Below are positions 8,954 to 18,502 of a DNA stretch of 64,000 nt, in pieces (positions within the stretch are counted from its first letter, which is position 1; every line of letters starts with the position of its first letter). The notes beneath the pieces were generated by a model. It did not search any database, had not been told where the DNA came from, and saw only the letters and a program-made list of their open reading frames with translations. Made by a program: the position numbers and the translations under genes. The stretch is from an uncultured virus (IMG/VR IMGVR_UViG_3300021958_000026) (Duplodnaviria > Heunggongvirae > Uroviricota > Caudoviricetes), in IMG/VR virus record IMGVR_UViG_3300021958_000026, one strand, 5' to 3'.

Positions 8954-9067
8954 AGGTGTGAACCCCCCACCGAGTTCACAGTGCCTTCCACCCTTGAAGG
9001 ATGATGAGATTGGAAAGCTCCCGTGAGATTTGCAGAGACTGGCACAATCCTCACATCAATATATAGG

Positions 9068-9739
9068 TCAAACATTGTATTTTGAATCAGGTTCCAGTGC
9101 AATAAAATACTCTAAGTCTACATCTTTGTTCTTGAAGTTTGAAATACCCTTCGAAGAAACAAATACTTCGTAGTTCCCATCTAGAACTTTCAAGTTCTCA
9201 ATCTTGAAGTTCATTGAATACTTAACACCTGTAGTGTTCTCTCCTACAGTTCTTGAGAATGTATTAGAGGTAGCATTCTTTTTATCCTTTACAGTAAGTG
9301 TAATCTTAGTACCATCTGATTCAAGTACCAAGTCATTCACACCCAATACACTTGATGCTTTCTGCAACTCAGAAAGAAGTGTAGATGATAAATCAATTTT
9401 GATTTCTGCATCAGGCATTGTCACCATTTTCTCAGGTGAGTTTACCATTCCCTCACTTGCATAGAAGTAAGACATGGTTGTATTCGTGTCTGCAATCGTC
9501 AGACTTGCATCACCAAAGTTAAACTCAGGGTCATCCAATAAGGAAGTTGCACCTAAGAACTCAGGTAGATTGTAGATTGAAAAATCCTTAGGAAAGGATT
9601 CATTCACAGTTGCAACTGCAAGAATATTTTTCATATTTGAAATAGTCTTCAGTTGGTTTCCAGTTCCAACTTTAATACCACTGTTAATGGTAGCAAAGTT
9701 TTTGAGGATGCTCCTCGTATTATCACTTATTTTCATCAT
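9068..9739 (-). CDS. gp45: Sliding clamp gp45
   Basis: ILKNFATINSGI, FSIYNLPEFL, LEYFIALEPDS. Confidence 0.95.
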   Translation of the reverse strand: MMKISDNTRSILKNFATINSGIKVGTGNQLKTISNMKNILAVATVNESFPKDFSIYNLPEFLGATSLLDDPEFNFGDASLTIADTNTTMSYFYASEGMVNSPEKMVTMPDAEIKIDLSSTLLSELQKASSVLGVNDLVLESDGTKITLTVKDKKNATSNTFSRTVGENTTGVKYSMNFKIENLKVLDGNYEVFVSSKGISNFKNKDVDLEYFIALEPDSKYNV

Positions 9740-10032
9740 TTTGATTTAGTCTCCTTATCATGCACATATAACATAAACAAAGCATAGTGCAACACTTTAA
9801 GGATGTCTGCCCTATTCTTCCCATCTTTTTTTCCGTATCGTTGTGCATACTTTAAAATATTTCCGATACAAAAACCTTCACCATGTCCACTGTCAATAAT
9901 AAATTCAGTGGATTGGTATTTGTTCAAACTGTAATGTTGGTCATACGTTTTGTCGATGTACTGGGCAAACTCCTTTAGGAGTTCACCCTCGTTGTACTTG
10001 TAGTTAATCTTTTTACCAAACATTGACACCAT
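9736..10032 (-). CDS. Conserved phage protein (DUF3310-like)
   Basis: HY...GEGFCIGNILKYAQRYGKKDG...DILKVLHY. Confidence 0.75.
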   Translation of the reverse strand: MVSMFGKKINYKYNEGELLKEFAQYIDKTYDQHYSLNKYQSTEFIIDSGHGEGFCIGNILKYAQRYGKKDGKNRADILKVLHYALFMLYVHDKETKSK

Positions 10033-11276
10033 TATACCTCTTCAGTACCTGATTCGTCAATGGGGTTTTCAGAATTATCTTCATCAGTCAAACTGACCCC
10101 TGCATCAATCTTAGTGTAGAGGTCAAGAACTGCATTCCTAGTTTCTTCATCGAACCTAGAGATACACATTTGAATGGACTTGAGTTTGTCACCAAACATT
10201 CTGTAGGCATTCACGATGTGAACTAACCTTCTAGTAGTGATGACATCATCGATTGCACCTTCGTAGAAAGTCTTTCTGATAACGTCTGCCCAGTCGACAA
10301 GTTTCTCAACGAATTCTTGGTCAACCGAACCAGTCAATTCCATTTCCTTTGCAAGGATTTTTCTCTCAGTAGTCACTGGAGGATATTCCTGTTGCATAGT
10401 GATTGCAAATCTTTCTAACATTGCCTCGTTCATGATTTGAGTTCCAATGAACTTTCCATCTTCTGAACCCTGTCCTTTAGTGTTTGCAGTTGCAAGAACT
10501 GTGAAACCTTCTGCAGGTGTCACCCACTCACCAGTTTTCTTGATAAGGTATCCTTTACCTTCAAGAACTGATTGCAGACACATCATCTTGTTAGAACCCA
10601 AGTCAACTTCGTCAAGAAGAAGGACAGCACCTTTCCTCATTGCCTTGATGACAGGGCCTTCTCTGAAGACAATGTTACCATTGACTAAAGTATGTCCACC
10701 CATCAAATCATCTTCATCGGTTTCGATGGTGATGTTAACTCTGAAGAGTTCTCTCTTCAGTTTTGCACACACTTGTTCAATCATCAATGTTTTACCATTA
10801 CCTGAAAGACCAGTCACAAATACTGGAAAGAAGATTTTGGACTTGATGATGTTCTCAACATCTTTGAAGTGTCCAAAGGGAACATAGTTCGACATTTTCT
10901 CAGGAATGATTTTGAAGTTGTCAGAATTGACAGACTCAGTTGCAGCAGCAACTGGCATGTTTGACACTTGTTGTGTCGGCATGACTGTCACCTGAGGTGC
11001 AGGAGTTGGAGTTTTCATTTCAACAACCTTAGCAGTGGAACCACCACCCAAAATAGGTTGGAGATTAAACACCGAACCTTGTTTAAAGTTATACCTAGTA
11101 TGTTTCACCCAGTAGGGGAAATGTCCTAGATTCTCGAAATCCTCTTTAGTAAAAGAGGTTTGATTTGGATACTTCTTCTGAAGTGAGTCCAAAAATTCCT
11201 TCCTGTCAGGGGTAAAGTGGAAGGGTTTGCCGTCAATCGAAATTGACTCTGACCTGTCATATGATCTTTTATTCAT
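10032..11276 (-). CDS. CobS/MoxR-like AAA+ ATPase
   Basis: GLSGNGKT, LLLDEVD, ATANTKGQG, NEAMLERF. Confidence 0.9.
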   Translation of the reverse strand: MNKRSYDRSESISIDGKPFHFTPDRKEFLDSLQKKYPNQTSFTKEDFENLGHFPYWVKHTRYNFKQGSVFNLQPILGGGSTAKVVEMKTPTPAPQVTVMPTQQVSNMPVAAATESVNSDNFKIIPEKMSNYVPFGHFKDVENIIKSKIFFPVFVTGLSGNGKTLMIEQVCAKLKRELFRVNITIETDEDDLMGGHTLVNGNIVFREGPVIKAMRKGAVLLLDEVDLGSNKMMCLQSVLEGKGYLIKKTGEWVTPAEGFTVLATANTKGQGSEDGKFIGTQIMNEAMLERFAITMQQEYPPVTTERKILAKEMELTGSVDQEFVEKLVDWADVIRKTFYEGAIDDVITTRRLVHIVNAYRMFGDKLKSIQMCISRFDEETRNAVLDLYTKIDAGVSLTDEDNSENPIDESGTEEV

Positions 11277-11304
11277 GTAGTCTCCTTATTCATCATCAGT
11301 TTAT

Positions 11305-11334
11305 ATTATATAAAAAAGTGAGGGGCTTTGTCAA
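11305..11334 (-). promoter_or_regulatory. Sigma70-type early promoter
   Basis: TTGACA-18nt-TATAAT. Spacer nearly identical to the copies at 13949 and 14190. Confidence 0.8.
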
Positions 11335-11339
11335 CCCCA

Positions 11340-11612
11340 TTATTCTATAATCCTTAAAATTCTAGTCACATCCTTTTCAATGGAAACCATTTTGCCTTCC
11401 TTCTTAGACCAAGTTTCCATTGCACCGTTGTTCACCCAAAATCTGAATGCCTTACACTCAACACCTTCTGTGGCACATAAGTCTTTCCTCTCACATTCAA
11501 ACTTCATGCAGGGTGAAGGCCCAATCTCCATAATTGCATCAGCAAGTTTAGACATTGGACTAGTGTTCATAGTACCCCAATAGAATTGTTCATCAATTTT
11601 CAATGGTTCCAT
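11340..11612 (-). CDS. Hypothetical Cys-containing protein
   Basis: SPCxxxxCxxxxxCxxxxxECxAF possible metal-binding motif; coupled to the upstream gene. Confidence 0.6.
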   Translation of the reverse strand: MEPLKIDEQFYWGTMNTSPMSKLADAIMEIGPSPCMKFECERKDLCATEGVECKAFRFWVNNGAMETWSKKEGKMVSIEKDVTRILRIIE

Positions 11613-13942
11613 TATGCTATCTCCTTAATAAATTCATTAGTTAGAAATCTAGAAGTAGTTTTAGATTTCTGATTTTTCTTGAATGCAGCCAAGATTCTAA
11701 CCTTCTTTGCATCGACAAGTTCTTCGTCAAGTTCATCAGTTCCATCGACTCTTAATGCATTCGATGAAGTGATGAACAATTTGTTATATCCGTGGACTGA
11801 GTAAACCTTACCAGTCTTTCTGATTTCTGCCCAATCTTCGTCATGATGTTTTCCAGTTGCATCATGAAGGACATTCATTGCTTCGTGTTTCTTTCCAACA
11901 ACAAAGTAACCAGTGACTATGACACCTGTAGTGTCAGCAATCCAGTTGAGAATGTTCTGAGTTCTTTTGAACTCATTTCTATCCCAACCCTTTTCAATGG
12001 CGAAAGTGTAAACCTTTTTAGTGAAAGGGTCAATCAATTCTCTTGACTGAGTCACACCACTTCTATAGACATACTCATTATCTTCTTCAATCGACTTCCA
12101 TTGTTTGTCCCAGTCGTCATGTTCAGAAACTGATTTATCATACAAGTTACCAGTGTGAGAGTATCCATCAGTGATGACAGTGAGGATTGATTTCTCAATA
12201 CCATACTTCTTGTTGAAAGCAGGAAGCAACACTCTCATGTATCCTAGTGTTTGGTCAAGTGGTGTACCACCTAAACCATAACCATTTGGAGCGGAAGAAG
12301 GCATGTAAAGGTAACCACCAAAGTGTTCATCAATAGGTGAGAACCATTCGTTGTATGCTTTTTCTGCTTTCTCATAATTTCTAAATGAAAACTCTCTTAG
12401 GAAATACTCATTGTAGATACATCCGATGTACTTACATGCAAGTTTGTGGTCTCTGTTTGATTGTTCATTAGACAACAACTCAATCAGTCTAGCATCCCTA
12501 CTGTCCCAACCGTCTCTTCCATAAGAGTCTGAGAACAGGTAAACCCTGTAAGGGATTTGAACTTTTCTACAAAACTCTGCAAGAATTAGAGACTGTTCTA
12601 ACAAGTCCTTCACTTCATTAGCAATAGAACCTGACCAGTCTAACATTACGTTTAGACCATGGTTCTTACCTTCAGGAAGGTAGACTGCTCTTTTGAAAAC
12701 ATCATCAACAATCTGATACTTGGCAAGTCTATTCATATCCAACTTACCAGTCTTACCAGTGAATGCATGTTTACTTCTTTGTGCAGTCTGTCTCATGTCA
12801 AATTCTTTTGCCATGTGAGAGACAATCTTCCTAGACTTTTGTTCTAGTTTCTTTGCAGTGTGTTCACCCATCAATTCTGCTTTAGGTGTATCTTTCGTTG
12901 AAAGATATTCAGTCCAGTCTTTTTTAACCTGAGACCATGACACTAGCATTTCGTCAGTGGTCAATTCTTTGATAGGAGGAGTGAACTGAGTTTTGATAAT
13001 GTTTGCATCAGAAAGATATTGGTCTTCGTTGTTGTGTGCATTGTGTTCAGTAATTGACTCCCTTGCACCGTTTTCATCATCGTAAGAACCACCACCGTTT
13101 CTACCAGCAACTTTAGTACCAGTGTCTTTAGTGTCATCATCCTCTTCTTCAGATTCTTCTGAAGAGATTGCATCAGCAGGTTTATCACCCTCTACTGTTT
13201 CTAAATCAGGAAGAGTGTCTTCAGACTCTTCAGACCCACTTTCGTCACCGTGGTCACCATCTTCGTCTTCGTACTCACCTTCATCACCACCAAAGTCATC
13301 GAAGTCTTCATCTTCAAAGTCTGACTCTTCATACTGATAAGAAGAAGGAACGATAGATTCATCATTCTCATCCCTAGTCTCATTCTCTTTAGACCAGTCG
13401 TAGATTGATTGAGCACAAACCACAACATCATCCCAAGTCTTACATGCATATGCCATGTCAAGGAATGATTCTTCTTCATCAGTCAGTTTGATGTTGACCC
13501 TTGAACCAACTTTAGTAATCAAGTTGATTTTGTCAATCAATGAAAGTTCTTGTAAGTTTCTTTTACTGATACCAAAGAAGTCTTTTTCCATCAACTCATT
13601 GTATGCTTTGAAGAAAGACTTTCTTAGTCCTTGGTATTTGTTTTTAATTGCAGACTCAATCCTCACGTCTTCGATAACGTTAAGGTAACCCTTAAGAGTT
13701 CTGTTCTCTTTAAGAGTGGAGTGTAGTCCTTCGTAAGGTGTGTTTAATGCATGACCCACCTCATGACCCATGAACAAGTCATAGAGTTCAGGTGAGATAT
13801 CTTCTTTGAAAATAGGACAGGCAAGAATCCTGTTCTTAACATCAAAGTATGCAGTTGGAATTCTCTTATGAACAACAGTGATGTCTTCAGTAGCCATCAG
13901 TTTCGCAAGAGTGTCTTTTTGGGTTCTTAATTTCTCAGTCAT
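11612..13942 (-). CDS. CobT-like protein: HExxH metallopeptidase-like N-terminus, acidic linker, VWA domain
   Basis: HEVGH, NVIEDVRIE, MIDAS LDWSGS, GGTPL, VITDG. Typical partner of the MoxR AAA+ ATPase. Confidence 0.85.
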   Translation of the reverse strand: MTEKLRTQKDTLAKLMATEDITVVHKRIPTAYFDVKNRILACPIFKEDISPELYDLFMGHEVGHALNTPYEGLHSTLKENRTLKGYLNVIEDVRIESAIKNKYQGLRKSFFKAYNELMEKDFFGISKRNLQELSLIDKINLITKVGSRVNIKLTDEEESFLDMAYACKTWDDVVVCAQSIYDWSKENETRDENDESIVPSSYQYEESDFEDEDFDDFGGDEGEYEDEDGDHGDESGSEESEDTLPDLETVEGDKPADAISSEESEEEDDDTKDTGTKVAGRNGGGSYDDENGARESITEHNAHNNEDQYLSDANIIKTQFTPPIKELTTDEMLVSWSQVKKDWTEYLSTKDTPKAELMGEHTAKKLEQKSRKIVSHMAKEFDMRQTAQRSKHAFTGKTGKLDMNRLAKYQIVDDVFKRAVYLPEGKNHGLNVMLDWSGSIANEVKDLLEQSLILAEFCRKVQIPYRVYLFSDSYGRDGWDSRDARLIELLSNEQSNRDHKLACKYIGCIYNEYFLREFSFRNYEKAEKAYNEWFSPIDEHFGGYLYMPSSAPNGYGLGGTPLDQTLGYMRVLLPAFNKKYGIEKSILTVITDGYSHTGNLYDKSVSEHDDWDKQWKSIEEDNEYVYRSGVTQSRELIDPFTKKVYTFAIEKGWDRNEFKRTQNILNWIADTTGVIVTGYFVVGKKHEAMNVLHDATGKHHDEDWAEIRKTGKVYSVHGYNKLFITSSNALRVDGTDELDEELVDAKKVRILAAFKKNQKSKTTSRFLTNEFIKEIA

Positions 13943-13948
13943 GTGTAT

Positions 13949-13978
13949 ATGGTATCAAAAAGTGAGGGGCTTTGTCAA
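13949..13978 (-). promoter_or_regulatory. Sigma70-type early promoter (probably leaderless transcript)
   Basis: TTGACA-18nt-(TGA)TACCAT, 6 nt before ATG 13942, no RBS. Confidence 0.7.
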
Positions 13979-14166
13979 CCCCTACGTAAGTCTATGAATT
14001 TTCTATGAGATTTGGAGAACTGTTTCATTGGAGATTTAAAGATAATCTCCTCCTTAGTTCCAGTTTTGATGTAACCAACAAGGTTACCTTTTTCATCCAC
14101 CATATAAGTGTGGTTGGGGATATCCCCATCCCACTTGGTGATTTCTTTCAGGTACTTAATTGACAT
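13975..14166 (-). CDS. Small hypothetical early protein
   Basis: GGAGG RBS, own promoter; EITKW..PNHTY..GYIK..KQFSKSHRKF. Confidence 0.7.
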   Translation of the reverse strand: MSIKYLKEITKWDGDIPNHTYMVDEKGNLVGYIKTGTKEEIIFKSPMKQFSKSHRKFIDLRRG

Positions 14167-14189
14167 ATTTACCTCCAATTGATGATACT

Positions 14190-14219
14190 AGTGTATCAAA
14201 AAGTTGGGGGCATTGTCAA
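14190..14219 (-). promoter_or_regulatory. Sigma70-type early promoter
   Basis: TTGACA-18nt-(TGA)TACACT. Confidence 0.7.
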
Positions 14220-14222
14220 GGC

Positions 14223-14873
14223 CTACGTAAGTCTAGCCTGTACGTGGTCTATGTTGAGGTCTTTGATGGGGGAATCGTACATGATTTTACCTAAGTCTGT
14301 GGTAAACCATATTGCAATAGTGTATCGTGGACAACCTCTAATTTTTTCAACCCCATGTAAATGGTGAATACCTTGAAACAGAAGACCAGCTCCAACTTCA
14401 GGTTGAACTTCTATTAATTTAGGATTGTGTTCAGATGGTGGGAAGTATGTACGTCCATCCCTGAAGTCATCATTTAGATTGATGATACATGTCCACCCTC
14501 TAGAAAAACTTGGAGCATCGTCTCCTACTTTAACATCATGATTACTGTAAAGGTCAACATGAGGTTCTTGTAGAGAACCAATCGCCCATTCAGTGAGAAT
14601 GGTCATTTCAGGGAATACAACTGCATCACAGATTTTACGAATCTCACCAACTAGATTATACTCAATTGCATTGAGACAGTCTCTGACACTTTGTTTGTGA
14701 ATGTGTACTTTATTTACTGCAGTATAATCTGAACCATCACCCACTGTTCTCAAGTGTGTGTGTTCTTTCATCCACAGTATCAAGTCCTTCGCTACTGGTT
14801 TCTCCAGTAGATTCGGAATCTTTTTTGGACTGTAAATCTTTGATTGCTCTTGCAATGGCTTGATTTCGTTCAT
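14223..14873 (-). CDS. 2OG-Fe(II) oxygenase (prolyl hydroxylase-like)
   Basis: HVD...WTCIINLNDDFRDG...HGVEKI..RYTIAIW. GGAG RBS before ATG 14873. Confidence 0.85.
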   Translation of the reverse strand: MNEIKPLQEQSKIYSPKKIPNLLEKPVAKDLILWMKEHTHLRTVGDGSDYTAVNKVHIHKQSVRDCLNAIEYNLVGEIRKICDAVVFPEMTILTEWAIGSLQEPHVDLYSNHDVKVGDDAPSFSRGWTCIINLNDDFRDGRTYFPPSEHNPKLIEVQPEVGAGLLFQGIHHLHGVEKIRGCPRYTIAIWFTTDLGKIMYDSPIKDLNIDHVQARLT

Positions 14874-15375
14874 AGTTAATTCTCCGTTGTCTCTCTTTTG
14901 GTCTAGACTTGAGAGCACGTTCAAGTTTCAATCTAGATGCACGTTGTAAGAATACTATTCCGTTTAAGTGGTCGATTTCATGTTGGACACATCTTGCACC
15001 TAATCCATCTAGTGTAATGATATGTTCTTCACCATCACTGTCTTGATATTTTAGTTCTACTACTTTAGACCTTTTAATCATTAAATAAAGGTCAGGGAAT
15101 GATAAACACCCCTCTTTCATTAAATCTGTTTCTTGTGAGACCTTGGTGAGTTCAGGATTGAAGAATGCAACAATACCTGAATCTGCTGTTCTCATTACAA
15201 AAACTCTTGCATCTACTCCTACTTGGTTTGCAGAAAGACCGATACCACCAAACTTTTCCATTGCTTCTGCAAGTAACTTCTCAAGTTCTTTAGGGTCGTG
15301 TGGTGGGTTTTCAAAATCAAAAGGTAGTGGAGGTGTTCTTAACACCTTTGATGCTTCGTCTATTAATTGATACAT
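14737..15375 (-). CDS. def: Peptide deformylase
   Basis: GIGLSANQVG, EGCLS and QHEIDHLNG motifs. Confidence 0.95.
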   Translation of the reverse strand: MYQLIDEASKVLRTPPLPFDFENPPHDPKELEKLLAEAMEKFGGIGLSANQVGVDARVFVMRTADSGIVAFFNPELTKVSQETDLMKEGCLSFPDLYLMIKRSKVVELKYQDSDGEEHIITLDGLGARCVQHEIDHLNGIVFLQRASRLKLERALKSRPKERQRRINYERNQAIARAIKDLQSKKDSESTGETSSEGLDTVDERTHTLENSG

Positions 15376-15376
15376 A

Positions 15377-16774
15377 TTATTTTACTATTAAACCTGAGGA
15401 TGACATATAAAGTGATTTGCCTTGCCAACCTCCTGATGCTCTTGTTCTCAACGTAATCGGTAAAGTGCAATTCTTGTTTAATGGTTTATATTTGAAATGT
15501 ACCTTAAACGATTGTTGACCTTCCTTATATTCTACTTTAATTCCTGTATAATTACTAGGGGTTTTTTCTAATACGATAGATTTTAATTCTATGTTATCTG
15601 CAATGTCTTTAACAACAGACTTGGACTCTGCACCAATTAACATCTTGTATGGACATGGTGTTGAGTCAGCATCAGGGTAAGTGTAGTACCCCATAGTGTT
15701 TAACATGTACTGTAAGTTTTTTCCGTCTCTCTTTCCAAGATGATTTTTGAAAAAGTTAATAAGTTTATTTCTAAAAGGATAATAAAACCCATCTTGATAA
15801 AAATTCAGTGCATGTTTGTTAAACTCTCTTGCAATTTTAGGGAAAGAAGATTTCGAACCACCTTCTGTGTAATCGTCCTTTGCAACTTTTTTTAATAGTG
15901 GTGTAATTGTCTTTTTGAGTTCAGAATTGTTGATAGAATCAAATGCATGTTTAAGAGATTTATCAATAAATCCCATTACTGTTTTAAGTTGTTTTGAGTC
16001 TCCAAGTTTTTTATATTGTGCAGTAATAGATGAATTCATCTTTGGCGTTGCATCTTTACCTGAAGAAATTTTATTAGAGTATCCTATAAAACCATCGTCT
16101 AGTTCTACTATCACGTCTGATGGATTCCTACCACTGATTCCTGCAGGTTTACCTCTTGGTGTCCAGTAGAGTTTTTTAATCTTTCTGCCTTTGAGGTCAT
16201 TCCTTACTGCAACTCCGTTTGCCATACCAATCTTGATATCACGTTGTGCAGTTTCGTCTGCATCTAATAATGCAACTAGGTCTTCGTATGTAACTGCATT
16301 TCCTTCACCATCAAAAACTCCAGTCTTACCTGTACGTCCACCAACCTCTTTCTCCCAGTCTACACTGTCCATGTTTCCTTCTTCAGGATGTGCAACAAAG
16401 TAAAGAGATAAGAATTCATTTACGTTAGATGAAGCGGTAGAGTTTTTACGTGTACCCCCACCGAGGTGGTCTTTAACTGCAGACTTAGTTGTTCTTATAT
16501 AATAGGGTTGGTCTACCCCATCCTTCTCGATTTGGAAAAAGAATTTACCATTACCTAATGTAAGTAACTCTTCTCCTGCTGGGGTGTTGGTACACTTGAA
16601 TTTGATTTCACCATCACCTACTATATTAGTGATGGGTTCCATCTTAGTATCTAAAACATAATAGGGATTAAATACACCCTTTCGTTGATAATCAGGACTC
16701 ACAGTTAACTCAGAGATAACTCTCTTAGTGTTCGTTGTAGTGTCTAATCCTGTGAACTCTGAAAAACTTTTCAT
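15377..16774 (-). CDS. Hypothetical protein, 465 aa (possible PD-(D/E)xK-like nuclease fold)
   Basis: Long ORF after a late-promoter motif; PSDVIV...IGYSNK pattern is only weakly suggestive. Confidence 0.6.
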   Translation of the reverse strand: MKSFSEFTGLDTTTNTKRVISELTVSPDYQRKGVFNPYYVLDTKMEPITNIVGDGEIKFKCTNTPAGEELLTLGNGKFFFQIEKDGVDQPYYIRTTKSAVKDHLGGGTRKNSTASSNVNEFLSLYFVAHPEEGNMDSVDWEKEVGGRTGKTGVFDGEGNAVTYEDLVALLDADETAQRDIKIGMANGVAVRNDLKGRKIKKLYWTPRGKPAGISGRNPSDVIVELDDGFIGYSNKISSGKDATPKMNSSITAQYKKLGDSKQLKTVMGFIDKSLKHAFDSINNSELKKTITPLLKKVAKDDYTEGGSKSSFPKIAREFNKHALNFYQDGFYYPFRNKLINFFKNHLGKRDGKNLQYMLNTMGYYTYPDADSTPCPYKMLIGAESKSVVKDIADNIELKSIVLEKTPSNYTGIKVEYKEGQQSFKVHFKYKPLNKNCTLPITLRTRASGGWQGKSLYMSSSGLIVK

Positions 16775-16786
16775 AATACTATTTAT

Positions 16787-18502
16787 CTATTCTGCAATGC
16801 GACTGAAGTTTTTATGTTTCTCAAATCGAATAACATTTTCAAACTTGTCGTAAAGCACGTCTCCTTTATGAGATATGATAAATGCATTTGTCTTTTCTGT
16901 CAAGGTATTTAATAATTTTAGGAAGTCATCTGTACCATTAGTGTCTAATGAACTGTCAAACACTTCGTCTAGTATGAGTAGATTGGTATTCACTGAGTTC
17001 TTCATACGTGCTACACTTCTCCAAGTAAATAATAATGATAAATCGATTCTCATCTTTTCACCTTGTGAGAAGTTATCGTATTTGAATACGTCTCTGAATC
17101 GTGACTTGATTGTTTCTTCAAAAGATTCGTTAAGTTCAAACCCAACATAGAATTCAAGTTGTGCAAGATACTTGTTGATTAATTTATTCATGACTGGAAC
17201 ATACTGTTTGATAATCTTTTGTCTGACACCTTGGTCTCGTAGTAGTGTCACAGCAATGTCATGATAATGTTTCTGTTCAACAAGTGTTCCTTTTTTTGTA
17301 TGGAGAATGTCTAATGTATCCTCTTCACTGTCAATGAGTTCTTGAACATTATTATTACTAGTCTGTTCCTGTTCTAACTTAGTAATCTCTCCCTGAATCT
17401 TTTTAATGAATTTTTGATTTGAAACCACTTCTGCTTGAAGAAGACCAATTCCTCTCTGAATATCATCGATTTCGGATTGTACCTTGGAGATTTCTTCAAG
17501 TCTTCCATTGGACTCGTTGATTGTCTTCTCAATTTCAACCAAAGCAGTCCTGATTTCATCTGCTTTAGCTTGTCTTTCTGCAATGTGTTTCTTTTTATGT
17601 TCATCATCTAATCCCTGTTTACATGTTGGACAGTCATCATTTTCCTCATAGAATTCGACATCCTTAATTGCTTTCCTTCTAGCATCTTGCAACTGTCTCT
17701 CCAGTTCTGTTGCTTTTTTGAGTCTATCGCCCTGAGGGTCTTTATCCTTGATGGTGGATTTTTTCTCCACCACATTTTCCGTCTTTTCATCCACCTCTCC
17801 TAAAAGTTTGTCGATGTTTGTTTGAGTTTCATCAACGGTGGATTCATATTGTTTTATTTTCTTTTCACGATTTTCACGAAGTGCATTAAGTTGTCCATTC
17901 AATCCGTTGATACGTTCTTCTAGTATTTCAATTTCATGATTATTTTCATTCACGTCAATCTTATGTTCGGAAATCTTCGTCTTTAATATGTCAGACATAG
18001 TTGTAAAGATAGAGATATCCAATAGGTCTTCTACGAGTTTACGTCTTTCTACTGCCTTTAACTGCATAAAAGGTGTAAAGTTTGCAGAACCTAAAATTGC
18101 AACTTGAGTAAAGGAACGGTAACTCATTTTGAGTACGTTCTTCTCTAAGTGTTCTTGATAGTCCTTCATGGTTGCATCTTGATTAATGAGTGTGTCATTG
18201 ACGTACAACTCAAACTTATTTGGTTTTGCACCACGAATTACTTTATATGATTTCCTACCAATATCAAACTCAACCTCAACTATAAGGTCACGTCCATTGA
18301 TAGAGTTTATAAGAAGGTCTTTCTTAAGATTTCTGAACCCTTTACCATAGAGTCCAAAGCACAGTGCATCTAATAAGGTAGACTTACCTGCACCATTCTC
18401 TCCCAAAATCAAAGTTGTTTGGTGGGAATCTAATTGAATTTCGGTAAACTTGTTACCTGATGATAATAAATTTTTATATCTTACTTTCTTAAATATAATC
18501 AT
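16787..18502 (-). CDS. gp46: Recombination endonuclease ATPase subunit gp46 (SbcC/Rad50-like)
   Basis: GENGAGKST, CPTC zinc hook, FSQGEKMR, LILDE. Confidence 0.96.
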   Translation of the reverse strand: MIIFKKVRYKNLLSSGNKFTEIQLDSHQTTLILGENGAGKSTLLDALCFGLYGKGFRNLKKDLLINSINGRDLIVEVEFDIGRKSYKVIRGAKPNKFELYVNDTLINQDATMKDYQEHLEKNVLKMSYRSFTQVAILGSANFTPFMQLKAVERRKLVEDLLDISIFTTMSDILKTKISEHKIDVNENNHEIEILEERINGLNGQLNALRENREKKIKQYESTVDETQTNIDKLLGEVDEKTENVVEKKSTIKDKDPQGDRLKKATELERQLQDARRKAIKDVEFYEENDDCPTCKQGLDDEHKKKHIAERQAKADEIRTALVEIEKTINESNGRLEEISKVQSEIDDIQRGIGLLQAEVVSNQKFIKKIQGEITKLEQEQTSNNNVQELIDSEEDTLDILHTKKGTLVEQKHYHDIAVTLLRDQGVRQKIIKQYVPVMNKLINKYLAQLEFYVGFELNESFEETIKSRFRDVFKYDNFSQGEKMRIDLSLLFTWRSVARMKNSVNTNLLILDEVFDSSLDTNGTDDFLKLLNTLTEKTNAFIISHKGDVLYDKFENVIRFEKHKNFSRIAE

